The notes beneath the pieces are model-generated. The model ran no database searches. It saw only the letters and a program-made list of their open reading frames with translations, and had not been told where the DNA came from. From sequence record DRR723986_1795: a stretch of 37,540 bases of DNA. One strand, given 5' to 3'. Below are positions 15,888 to 25,520 of this stretch, one piece after another; the first letter of the stretch is position 1, and each line of letters starts with the position of its first letter. The position numbers and the translations under genes were made by a program.

Positions 15888-18800
15888 TCAGATCACGAAG
15901 TATAGATCGTCCGCGGCTTCCGACATCCAGTCCGTTGCATGATCAAACGGCATCGGCCGGGCAATCAGGTAACCCTGGATCGAGAAATCGCCCATCATCC
16001 GAAGCCGGTCGTATTGCTCTTCGGTTTCAACGCCTTCGCAGACGATGCCGATGTTGAGCGATCGGGCCAGGTGGATGAGCTGGTTGACGATCACTTCCTT
16101 TTTCGGGTCCTGAAGCATCTGACGTGTGAAGGAACGGTCGATCTTGAGCCCGTTTATCGGCAAGTCCGAGACATGGGAGAGGGACGCATAGCCGGTGCCG
16201 AAATCATCCAGCTCGATATGAACGCCCAGCTCGAAGAGTTGTCGCAGCGCAGCCAGGTGGCCTGACCGGTTGTCGTTCAGGAACACCGATTCCAGAACTT
16301 CGGCGGTGATCCGCTCCGGCCCGACATTGTGCTTTTCCATCGCGGCCTTGAAGTGCTCGAGCAGCAGCCCGGACGACAGGTGCGATGGCGAGATGTTCAC
16401 GGAGATGCGGCCAAAATCGAGGCCCTGGTCGATCCAGTGCCGGGCAGCGGCAAAAGCCTTGTCGATGACAATCTCACCCAGGATCGGCGCCAGACCGGAT
16501 TTTTCGACGACCGGCAGAAAGTCTCCGGGCGAAACCGTGCCGCGCTCGGGGTGTCGCCAGCGTACCAGCGCTTCGATGCCGGTGACGGCCTGAGTGCGCA
16601 GGTTGACCTGCGGCTGGAACACGAGGAAGAACTGGTCGTTCTTGACCGCATCCTTCAGTTCCAGCTCGATCTGTGCTTCCGTTTCGCTGTCTGTGCGCAT
16701 ATCCGGACGGAAGAAAGTATACCGGTCCTTGCCGTTTTCCTTGGACTGGTAAAGCGCGAGATCGGCATTGACCAGAAGCGTGTCGAAGTTGTCACTGTCC
16801 TCCGGGCACAGTGCCAGTCCCATGCTGACGGTCGGCCAGAACCTGTTGCCGTTGAACTCCATCGGCATCCGCATGATCCGGCGCGCCCGTTCGCACAACT
16901 CGTTGGGATCCGACGTTCCGCTTTCCGCCAGAATGACGAACTCGTCGCCTCCCCAGCGATAGGCCGTGCCCAGCCCCCGGCAGACTTCGCGCAGCCGGCG
17001 GCCCGTCTCTTCCAGGCAGTGATCGCCGGCAAGATGGCCGAGCGTATCGTTGACCCGCTTGAACCCATCCATGTCGACGTGAACCAGGAACGCCGGCTTC
17101 TCGCTCCGGGCAAAACGCTCCTTGGCATCGCGCTGGCAGCCGGCGCGGTTGGACAGTTTGGTCAGGGGGTCGAAATAGGCCAGGCGCTCTGCCCGGACTT
17201 TGGCTTCGCGGGTTTCGTTTTCCCGCTGCACCCGTTCGGAAACATCATTGGCAATGGCCACGAACAGGTCGCGGTCCTGATCGCGGAGAAGCTGTACCCT
17301 GAGATCGACCGGATATTCCGTGCCGTCCTTGCGCCGGTGAACGCTTTCGACCGACAGGTTGTCCCGATGTCCTTTCAGGAGGGGCGCGACGTGGCGCCGG
17401 ACTGTGTTCGGGTCGTAAACGGGATCGATATCGCCGATTTTCTGGGATTTCAGCTCTTCGATCGTGTAGCCGAGATTGGCCAGGGCGCAGCGGTTGGCAT
17501 ATTCGATCTGGAAGGTTTCCGCGTCCAGGATGTAGATCTCGTTGAGCGAGGATTCCAGAATGTTGGCCAGCAGATGGTTCCTGCGTTCTGCCAGGCATCG
17601 GTCGGTGATGTCGTGAACGGTCCCGATCACCTTGGATGCCTTGCCGTCCCGACCGGCAAGTACATACCCGCGAACGTGCAGGTACTGGATGGTGCCGTCG
17701 TCATGCACCAGCGGGTGTTCGGTGTCGAATTCACCGCAGGATTTCACCGCTGCGTTGACCGCGTCCAGGGTTTTCTTCCGGTCGTCACCGGGAATACGAT
17801 CAAAGAGATAGGCCTGGATCTCGTTTGCCGGAAGGTCCGGCGGGATCTTCATGACCCGGTAGTATTCTTCCGAGCCCAGGATTTCGTTTGAAGCGATATC
17901 GCGTTCCCAGCTGCCCACATGCGCAATCCGCTGGGCTTCGATAAGTTGAAGCGTGCTGCTTTCCAGCTTCAGGGTATTGTCCAGAACTTCTGCCTCGAGG
18001 CGCGAACGCGTCAGCTGCACGGAGGACTGAAGGCGGGACAGGAGACGAAAGACCACCGTCCAGGCGAGCAGCGCCAGACCGATGCCTGCCATCAGAGAAA
18101 GCAATGTCCCCTTGGCAAAGTCCCAGATGTTGTCCGTGATGTCCTTTACCAGCAGAAGCTTCACGTCGTTGTTCGGGGTTACGACCATAATTGGCAGATC
18201 GCGAACCATGAACACCTTGCTGTTCTGGAGGAAGAAGCTGTTGAAGCCGGCGAAGTGGCCGTTGGAGGCGATCTTGCTGAAGTCGAAGCCGGTCGGCGTC
18301 AGATTGCCCAGAACCTTGTAGTGAACCGTGCTGGAATCACCTGCTTCGGTGACTTCGCAGGCCTTGACGATCTGGGCATTGACCGCGGAACTGGCCAGCG
18401 CGAGCGATTGTTCGATATTGATCGCGAGTTTCAGATACCCGATCCGGGTTCCCTCAACGAGCCAGGGTTTCAGCACGCTGACGATGAACTCGTTGTTGCG
18501 GCCGAGTTCGATAGCATCGACTTCGCGAAAACGGTTGGAATTCAGTTCAGTCTCGAAGCTGGCGGAATCCTGCGCCGGAGTGGCATTGCTTTGCGCGCGA
18601 TAGACGATCTGCTGGTCGGCGGAATAGATGGTCAATTCCGCAATATTGAGATCGGCAGCTTTTCCGGCAAAGACCCTGTCGGCAACGGCCTTGATGTTGG
18701 CAGTGTCTTTCTTGCGGATGGCTGTCTGCAGATCGGTGTCGGCGCTGACGACACTGACAGCCTGATCGAGCGTTTGTTCGCCCAACGCCCGTTGATGCAT

Positions 18801-19079
18801 CAAAAGACGTTCAGTCGTCCTGACGATCAGGTCCTGCGGCTCGCTCAGCGTACGATATTCGGTCACAACGTTCTGGAGCGTCAGGACGGCAACTGTCAGG
18901 CAGAGAAACGACAGAAAAACGACGCGAAGGGGTTTTTCGAAACGGGTTTCGTCCTTGCACCACCGCGCCAGGATCTGGTCAAGAATGGCGCTCGGACTTC
19001 GCCCGCGCGCCTGCGTGCGCGATTTCTCGTCGCGCAAGTCTTTGTCTTGCCAAAACTCTTGCTTGCCCACGCGTTGCAC
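15888..19079 (-). CDS. Membrane-bound sensor (Cache-like)-PAS-PAS-GGDEF-EAL c-di-GMP enzyme (about 1063 aa)
   Basis: Two TMs around a periplasmic domain, PAS/PAC motifs (AHVGSWE..DITDR; RRKDGT..DVSER), DPLTKLSNR, RWGGDEF, IEALVRW, DDFGTGY, LKIDRSF, EGVET. Start uncertain (19070, 19079 or 19130). Confidence 0.93.
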   Translation of the reverse strand: MQRVGKQEFWQDKDLRDEKSRTQARGRSPSAILDQILARWCKDETRFEKPLRVVFLSFLCLTVAVLTLQNVVTEYRTLSEPQDLIVRTTERLLMHQRALGEQTLDQAVSVVSADTDLQTAIRKKDTANIKAVADRVFAGKAADLNIAELTIYSADQQIVYRAQSNATPAQDSASFETELNSNRFREVDAIELGRNNEFIVSVLKPWLVEGTRIGYLKLAINIEQSLALASSAVNAQIVKACEVTEAGDSSTVHYKVLGNLTPTGFDFSKIASNGHFAGFNSFFLQNSKVFMVRDLPIMVVTPNNDVKLLLVKDITDNIWDFAKGTLLSLMAGIGLALLAWTVVFRLLSRLQSSVQLTRSRLEAEVLDNTLKLESSTLQLIEAQRIAHVGSWERDIASNEILGSEEYYRVMKIPPDLPANEIQAYLFDRIPGDDRKKTLDAVNAAVKSCGEFDTEHPLVHDDGTIQYLHVRGYVLAGRDGKASKVIGTVHDITDRCLAERRNHLLANILESSLNEIYILDAETFQIEYANRCALANLGYTIEELKSQKIGDIDPVYDPNTVRRHVAPLLKGHRDNLSVESVHRRKDGTEYPVDLRVQLLRDQDRDLFVAIANDVSERVQRENETREAKVRAERLAYFDPLTKLSNRAGCQRDAKERFARSEKPAFLVHVDMDGFKRVNDTLGHLAGDHCLEETGRRLREVCRGLGTAYRWGGDEFVILAESGTSDPNELCERARRIMRMPMEFNGNRFWPTVSMGLALCPEDSDNFDTLLVNADLALYQSKENGKDRYTFFRPDMRTDSETEAQIELELKDAVKNDQFFLVFQPQVNLRTQAVTGIEALVRWRHPERGTVSPGDFLPVVEKSGLAPILGEIVIDKAFAAARHWIDQGLDFGRISVNISPSHLSSGLLLEHFKAAMEKHNVGPERITAEVLESVFLNDNRSGHLAALRQLFELGVHIELDDFGTGYASLSHVSDLPINGLKIDRSFTRQMLQDPKKEVIVNQLIHLARSLNIGIVCEGVETEEQYDRLRMMGDFSIQGYLIARPMPFDHATDWMSEAADDLYFVI

Positions 19080-19464
19080 CCGTTCCCCCGAGCAGCCGTA
19101 GCTCCTCTTTGATCGGCAAGGACAGTCCACTTTTTGTTTTGGTCACCGGGCACGGCGAAGTTATGCAAACCATCACTGCCAATTTTCTCAATAGGCTGTA
19201 TTGGTTAAATTGTATTGAATGTGTTCCTTAAGGCTTATTAAGAATAGAGTTCATCCGAGAGGAAATCCTCCAGTCTCAAGATCAAATGTATTTGCGCTGA
19301 GCCTGATGATTGGCGGTGCAGCAAAATAGTTTGATCTAAATCATACGATCTCCTTTGAGCGTCACCAGTTGAGGTGAAATCGCCGCCAAAGCGTCTGTGT
19401 TTGACCCAGCCGATTGACGGGAGACAGTCTCAGCTTCGCAAGCAAGTCGTATGGGGCGGTACCG

Positions 19465-20382
19465 TCAACTGTCTGATGCGCTAGCGAAGAACTCGAGGAG
19501 GGCAGCGACCGTCTCTTCCGGGGCTTCTTCGGGCAGGAAGTGCCCACCGGGAAGCGCGGCGCCGACAGCGGTCCTTGACCAGCCCCGCCAGACTTCAAGC
19601 GGATCGTCCACGCTGGTGGCGATGCCTTTACTTCCCCAAAGTGCAAGAAGGGGAACAACGATCTTTCTTCCCGCATCCAGATCCGCCCGGTCGTGGTCGT
19701 AGTCGATCGTTGCACCTGCGCGGTAGTCCTCGCAGGTTGCCGATACCCGGTCTGGTTCGCAAAACCAGTCACGGTTATGCGCCATGGCTTCCTTGGAAAA
19801 GCACGACAGGTTCTTGGCTGCAGTCCAGCTGGCCAGCGTGTGATCGAGAAATCGTATCGGTGCGGCAGAAATAGTTTTTTCCGGGAAAGGCGCAGCCTGG
19901 GCCAGAAACATCCAGTGATAGATCTTGAGGCCGAACAGCCTGTCCATCCGGTCCCAGTAGTCACATGTCGGAAGGATGTCGAGAACGGCGACCTTCAGAA
20001 GGGCTTGCGGGTGATCGAGGGCAAGGCGGTAAGCCACCCGGCCGCCACGGTCATGGCCGGCCAGAAAGAACGTCGAGTGGCCGAGCACCTTCATGAGCTC
20101 GATCATGGCCGAGGCCATGCTTCGTTTGGAATAGGCCGCGTGATCGTCTGATAGTGGCGGCACGGACGAACGGCCATACCCCGGCAGGTCGGGCAGGACG
20201 AGCGTGAAGTGTTCGGCAAGCGGCGGGGCCACCTTGTGCCAGCAGACATGAGATTGCGGGTAGCCGTGCAGCAAAAGCAACGGTGGGCCGGACCCGCCGA
20301 TCCGGCAGAACAGCCGCACATCGTTGGCTTCCACAGTGATGCTGTCAAACCCCGGAAACAGATCCGGCAGGTCGTTTTTCAC
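19465..20382 (-). CDS. Fluoroacetate/haloacetate dehalogenase-type alpha/beta hydrolase (about 305 aa)
   Basis: HGYPQ, GHDRGGR, LDILPTCDYW, KIYHW, CEDYRAG, GHFLPEE. GTG start after GGGGAG. Confidence 0.88.
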   Translation of the reverse strand: MKNDLPDLFPGFDSITVEANDVRLFCRIGGSGPPLLLLHGYPQSHVCWHKVAPPLAEHFTLVLPDLPGYGRSSVPPLSDDHAAYSKRSMASAMIELMKVLGHSTFFLAGHDRGGRVAYRLALDHPQALLKVAVLDILPTCDYWDRMDRLFGLKIYHWMFLAQAAPFPEKTISAAPIRFLDHTLASWTAAKNLSCFSKEAMAHNRDWFCEPDRVSATCEDYRAGATIDYDHDRADLDAGRKIVVPLLALWGSKGIATSVDDPLEVWRGWSRTAVGAALPGGHFLPEEAPEETVAALLEFFASASDS

Positions 20383-20493
20383 GTCTGTCTCCCCAGCCCG
20401 CACCGGGGAGAAGATTACCTTTGATTTCAAGCGCCTGCCAAGTCCCGGAAACCGGAAATGCCACGATTGCCGGTTTTTCGCTTTGGCTCGGCC

Positions 20494-21765
20494 TCAGCTT
20501 TCCCGGGCGATAGCCCGCCAGCCGATGTCGGTTCGGCAGAAGCCTTCCGGCCAGTCGATGTCGCGGATCCGCTCGTAGGCCCGTTGCTGTGCCTCGCGAA
20601 CGGTGGTGCCGACCGCCGTCACGTTCAAAACGCGTCCGCCATTTGACAGGATCTGTGTGCCATCGCGTTTGGTGCCTGCGTGAAAGACGGCAACGTCATC
20701 CGTTGCTGGTGTATCGAGACCACGGATTTCCGTGCCCTTGTCGTAGCTGCCCGGGTAACCCTTGGCGGCCATGACGACCGTCAGTGCGGCTTCGTCGCGC
20801 CAGTCCGCCGTTGTCTGGTCCAGCCGGCCCTCGACGCTTGCAAGCAGCAGCTCCAGCAGATCGCTCTTGAGGCGCATCATCAGGACCTGGCATTCCGGAT
20901 CACCGAAGCGGGTATTGTATTCGATCAGCTTCGGGCCGTTCTTGCCGATCATCAGACCCGCATAGAGAACGCCCTTGAACGGGGTGCCACGTTTGGCCAG
21001 TGTCGCGATGGTCGGCTCGATGATGGTACGCATCACCTCGGCAATCAGTGCATCTGTCAGGACGGGAGCGGGCGAGTAAGCGCCCATGCCGCCGGTGTTC
21101 GGGCCTTCGTCACCATCATAGGCGCGTTTGTGGTCCTGGGCGGTGGCAAGCGGCAGTGCGTTGGTGCCGTCGGACAACACGAAGAAGCTCGCTTCCTCGC
21201 CTTCCAGGAATTCCTCGATGACGACTTCCGCACCTGCAGCCCCAAACGAGCCTTCGAAACAGGCCGTTACCGCCTCTTCGGCGTCTTTCAGGGTCATGGC
21301 GACGACGACACCCTTGCCGGCTGCAAGCCCGTCGGCTTTGACGACAATCGGTGCACCTTTTTCCCGGACATAGGCGAGCGCGGCATCTGCCGTATCAAAG
21401 CGGCCGTATCCGGCGGTCGGAATATCTGCTTCGTCGCACACGCCTTTGGTGAAGGCCTTGGAGCCCTCCAGTTGGGCCGCTGCCCTGGACGGACCGAAAG
21501 CCTTGATCCCGGCCGCTTCCAGATCATCGACAAGGCCTGCCACAAGCGGCGCCTCGGGGCCGACGACCACAAGATCGATGGCATGTTCGCGACAGAAACC
21601 GATGACTGCCTGATGATCCGCGGTGTCCAGATTGCAAAGCTCGGCCACCTCGGCAATCCCGGCATTGCCGGGCGCCGCATAGAGCTTGGTCAGCTTGGGA
21701 GATTTTGCCAGCGCCCAGGCGAGCGCGTGTTCGCGGCCGCCGGATCCGATCAGGAGAAGTTTCAT
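20494..21765 (-). CDS. purD: Phosphoribosylamine--glycine ligase
   Basis: [60 protein letters not shown]. Confidence 0.99.
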   Translation of the reverse strand: MKLLLIGSGGREHALAWALAKSPKLTKLYAAPGNAGIAEVAELCNLDTADHQAVIGFCREHAIDLVVVGPEAPLVAGLVDDLEAAGIKAFGPSRAAAQLEGSKAFTKGVCDEADIPTAGYGRFDTADAALAYVREKGAPIVVKADGLAAGKGVVVAMTLKDAEEAVTACFEGSFGAAGAEVVIEEFLEGEEASFFVLSDGTNALPLATAQDHKRAYDGDEGPNTGGMGAYSPAPVLTDALIAEVMRTIIEPTIATLAKRGTPFKGVLYAGLMIGKNGPKLIEYNTRFGDPECQVLMMRLKSDLLELLLASVEGRLDQTTADWRDEAALTVVMAAKGYPGSYDKGTEIRGLDTPATDDVAVFHAGTKRDGTQILSNGGRVLNVTAVGTTVREAQQRAYERIRDIDWPEGFCRTDIGWRAIARES

Positions 21766-22132
21766 AAACGGGCAGTCTCTTCGTGAAGGTTGAAGCAAGA
21801 GGGCCGTCCCCTAACACGGAGGGCGGCATACCGCAATTGGCGGCGCATGCAACGGCGCATTTCTGCCGGTCTCCGCCCAACTTGTGACGCGGCGGGAGAG
21901 GTGGTTTCCGCGACCAGCAAAAGGCCGGAACGCTTGCCAGCCAGGTGTGGCAAGCGCGAAGAGGAACCGGAGGCCAACCAGGTTTGGGTCGTCAGACCAT
22001 GGCACCTTGCCCAACTCTGAGTTTCACGATAGCGCCCCTGTGACCTCTTGCGGGATGAATTTCCTGCTGAAAATCGCTAAAAGAACCTGAGAAGGGCGGA
22101 AAGCAGGAGCGTTTCCGCCGGATAATCGAGAA

Positions 22133-23089
22133 ATGGACGGATCGAAAGTGTTTTCCACGAACGACACGGGGCCGGTTGCAGATGCGGTCAAGCAGCACTG
22201 GGTGGACACGCGGCTGCCGGCTGGCCTGCGCCCCTATGCGCGCCTTGCCCGCTGGGAACGTCCGATCGGTTGGTGGCTGTTGCTGTGGCCCTGTTTCTGG
22301 TCGGCGGCATTGGCGGCGGTCGCCGGTGGCAAGGCCTGGCCGGACCCCTGGCACATGGTTCTGTTTTTCATCGGTGCGGTTGCCATGCGCGGTGCAGGCT
22401 GCACCTACAACGACCTTGTCGACGTCGACATCGATTCCAAGGTCGAGCGGACCCGCTCCCGGCCCATCCCGGCGGGGCAGGTGTCCAGACTTCAGGCAAA
22501 GATCTTTCTGGTGGTCCAGGCCCTCATCGGCCTTGCGGTGCTGCTGCAGTTCAACACCTACACGATCTGGCTGGGCATCGCCTCGCTGCTGCCGGTGGCG
22601 GTCTACCCGTTCATGAAGCGCATCACCAACTGGCCGCAGCTGTTTCTGGGGTTCGCCTTTTCCTGGGGGGCGCTCATGGGCTGGGCGGCCGCCTTTGGGT
22701 CCCTGTCATGGTCACCGGTGTTTCTCTATATCGGCGGCATCTGCTGGACGATCGGCTACGACACGATCTACGCCCATCAGGACAAGGAGGACGATGCGCT
22801 TGTCGGTGTGAAGTCGACGGCCCGCCTCTTCGATGAGCACACCAAGCCGGCTCTCATCCTGCTCTACAGCTGCGCCACCGCGCTGTTCTTTCTGGCTGCG
22901 ATCTTTGCCGATGCCGGTCCGGCCGCTTTTATCGGTATTCTGGCTGGCGTCATTCACCTGGGGTGGCAGATCGTCGTACTGGATATCGATGACGGCGATC
23001 AGTGCTTGCAACTGTTCCGATCCAACGGGACCTATGGCTGGATCCTGTTCTTCGGTTTCTTCGCCGATGCCCTTATCGGTGCGCTCTAA
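22133..23089 (+). CDS. ubiA: 4-hydroxybenzoate polyprenyltransferase
   Basis: RWERPIGWWLL, GAGCTYNDLVD..ID.KVERT.SRP, YP.MKR, YDTIYAHQDKEDD. Confidence 0.97.
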   Translation: MDGSKVFSTNDTGPVADAVKQHWVDTRLPAGLRPYARLARWERPIGWWLLLWPCFWSAALAAVAGGKAWPDPWHMVLFFIGAVAMRGAGCTYNDLVDVDIDSKVERTRSRPIPAGQVSRLQAKIFLVVQALIGLAVLLQFNTYTIWLGIASLLPVAVYPFMKRITNWPQLFLGFAFSWGALMGWAAAFGSLSWSPVFLYIGGICWTIGYDTIYAHQDKEDDALVGVKSTARLFDEHTKPALILLYSCATALFFLAAIFADAGPAAFIGILAGVIHLGWQIVVLDIDDGDQCLQLFRSNGTYGWILFFGFFADALIGAL

Positions 23090-23091
23090 CG

Positions 23092-23122
23092 AAAAAAGCC
23101 CCGCTCAGCGGGGCTTTTTTTT
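23092..23122. terminator. Bidirectional intrinsic terminator
   Basis: AAAAAAGCCCCGC-tca-GCGGGGCTTTTTTTT between the convergent ubiA and DUF6101-like genes. Confidence 0.92.
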
Positions 23123-23142
23123 GAAGGCCTTCGTGTGCACGC

Positions 23143-23733
23143 TCAGGTGCGGGCAATGATCTCACGCTCATTGGCGTGGACGGTTGCCGAAGGTTCCTGC
23201 CGGCCGGGAAGACGGCGGTTCAGGAAGCGCGGACGGCGGCCGGTCAATAGGCGCAGCTTGCGCCGGGGCGCAGGTTTTGAAGCCGGAACGGCGCTGTAGG
23301 CTTCGATCGGCTTTACCTTGCCGCCGAGGTCACACACCAGCATAGGCAGGTTGAACACCTGGGCCCACCGGCTCCACAGGACCGCGAGGTCGTCGGATTT
23401 CTCGGTTTCGGCCAGGGTGATCGACAGCGCGCTATCGGGATGTTTCAGGATCAGTGCCGCCACGATTTCGCCCGGCACCGCGCCCGGAACGATCCGGACC
23501 ATGACACCATCGAAACCTTGAGCGGGCACCACCACCGTCACCGGAACACCGGCAACCCGCCGCTTGATGACCGCCCTGTCGCGATCCAGGAAAATTTCGG
23601 CTGGCAGGGAAGGGGTACCCGGCCGGTTTTCAAGGCGTTGCTCGAAGTGGGCCGGTAGACAACCGGGATGCGGCATCGTTTGGGCGCCGACCCCGGTTGC
23701 TACCATTTCCTGTATTTCTGTTTGACGTCTCAA
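23143..23733 (-). CDS. Conserved hypothetical protein, DUF6101-like (about 196 aa)
   Basis: L.HPD.ALS..L, W..W...F.LP, PRR...RRPRFL.RR, C-terminal EREIIAR. TTG start (MRRQT) after GGAGAG. Confidence 0.75.
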   Translation of the reverse strand: MRRQTEIQEMVATGVGAQTMPHPGCLPAHFEQRLENRPGTPSLPAEIFLDRDRAVIKRRVAGVPVTVVVPAQGFDGVMVRIVPGAVPGEIVAALILKHPDSALSITLAETEKSDDLAVLWSRWAQVFNLPMLVCDLGGKVKPIEAYSAVPASKPAPRRKLRLLTGRRPRFLNRRLPGRQEPSATVHANEREIIART

Positions 23734-24176
23734 ATGACTCTCCACCGGACCTTTAGGTCGGACCATTTTTGGTCTCTCGATGCATTCAATCTACTGAAGA
23801 AAAGTCGTGAACCACTTAAGATACAGAGTTAAAAAAGTCTGATTTATAAGAGGGTTACTGGAATGTAATCAGACAGGTAACACCTTGTTCAGTCATGTGG
23901 CAGATTCGACTTGATACAACCTTTGAATGAATTTGCCGCCCTGTCCCGATCCCGCCTATCTTGCGGTCATCATTACGAAAATCGGATGAGGCGCTGCGGC
24001 ATTGCAACCTCTTGCCGGAACCGGCTCAAAATCCCATTTCCCACCTATCAGGGGAAAACGATGGCTCTGGAAGGCGCCCGGCACGACCGGATTGCCCGCA
24101 AAAGGCCCCGACAGTTGCAGCGCAGCCGTGCGGGGCGTAAACAACTGCCGAACCAGAAGACGAAAGAGCGGACACG

Positions 24177-25520
24177 ATGTCGGAACTGATTGATCAAAGC
24201 GAATTGCAATCCCGGGCAGCCCGTCTGGTGGAAGCAGCCCGCAAGGCCGGAGCTGACGCCTGCGACGCGATTGCGGTTACCGGTGTCTCGCTTTCGGTCG
24301 ATGTTCGCGAAGGCAAGGTGGAAGAAACCGAGCGCGCCGAAGGCGACGACGTCACCTTGAGGGTGTTTGTCGGCAAGCGTACTGCTGCTGTCTCAGCCAA
24401 CCGTCTCGATGATCCGGCAAGCCTGGCTGAACGTGCCGTCGCCATGGCCAGGGTCGCGCCGGAAGATCCCTATGCCGGTCTTGCCGATCAGGATCTTCTC
24501 GTGAAGGAGTTCCCGGAACTCGAGCTTCTGGACACAAAGGAAATGACTGCCGAGGATCTGACGCAGATCGCGCTGGAAGCGGAAGCGGCCGGTCTGGAGG
24601 TGGAAGGCGTCACCAAATCCGGTGGTGCGGGAGCCTCCTGGCGTCTTGCCGGTGTCGTTCTGGCGACCAGCCATGGGTTCCAGGGGTCCTACATGTCGTC
24701 CCGCTATGGCATGTCCATGACAGCCGTCGCAGGGGAAGGGACCGGCATGGAGAGAGATTACGATTTCGACAGCCGTACCTATTACGAAGACCTGGAAGCA
24801 CCGGCGGAGATCGGACGCAGGGCCGGGGAAAGAGCTGTGCGCCGTCTCAACCCGAACAAGCTTTCGACCCGCACCGCGAACGTCATTTATGAATCGCGCG
24901 CTGCCCGCAGCATTCTCGGGCACCTTGTCGGGGCGATCAACGGGGCCGCAATTGCGCGCAAGACCAGCTTCCTGAAAGACCGGATGGGCGAGGCCGTGTT
25001 CGCACCTGGCATCCAGGTGGTTGACGACCCGTTCAAGCGCCGGGGTGCCGCAACACGCCCCTTCGACGGGGAAGGGACCCGGGCGGAACGTCTCGATGTC
25101 ATTGAAGACGGTGTCCTGCGACACTGGTTTCTGGACGGTGCTTCCGCACGCGAACTGGGCCTGACGCCCAATGGCCGGGCGCACCGCAGTGGCAGCGGCA
25201 CGTCGCCTGGTGCAACGAACGTCACATTGATGCCGGGCGAAAAATCGCTGGAAGAATTGATGGCGGAAGCCGGGCAGGGCCTGCTGGTGACCGACCTGAT
25301 CGGTCACGGCGTAAACGGCCTTACCGGTGACTATTCGCGCGGGGCAGCCGGGTTCTGGTTCGAAAACGGCCAGATCGTAGAAGCCGTCAGTGAAATCACC
25401 ATTGCAGGCAATCTGAAGGACATGTTTGCACGGCTCGTGCCCGGCAGCGACCTCGACAACCGTTATTCGGCAGCCACTCCCTCGGTCATGATTGAAGGAA
25501 TGGCCCTTGCCGGAAGCTGA
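24177..25520 (+). CDS. pmbA: TldE/PmbA non-catalytic subunit of the TldDE protease
   Basis: PFDGEG, GVNGLTGDYSRGAAG, EITIAGNL. Lacks HExxxH. Confidence 0.93.
   Translation: MSELIDQSELQSRAARLVEAARKAGADACDAIAVTGVSLSVDVREGKVEETERAEGDDVTLRVFVGKRTAAVSANRLDDPASLAERAVAMARVAPEDPYAGLADQDLLVKEFPELELLDTKEMTAEDLTQIALEAEAAGLEVEGVTKSGGAGASWRLAGVVLATSHGFQGSYMSSRYGMSMTAVAGEGTGMERDYDFDSRTYYEDLEAPAEIGRRAGERAVRRLNPNKLSTRTANVIYESRAARSILGHLVGAINGAAIARKTSFLKDRMGEAVFAPGIQVVDDPFKRRGAATRPFDGEGTRAERLDVIEDGVLRHWFLDGASARELGLTPNGRAHRSGSGTSPGATNVTLMPGEKSLEELMAEAGQGLLVTDLIGHGVNGLTGDYSRGAAGFWFENGQIVEAVSEITIAGNLKDMFARLVPGSDLDNRYSAATPSVMIEGMALAGS

Noticed and set aside
21766..21860. Possible purine/ZTP riboswitch upstream of purD
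   Set aside because: No recognisable aptamer consensus. The likely promoter (TTGCGG-N17-TAGGGG) leaves only a short leader.
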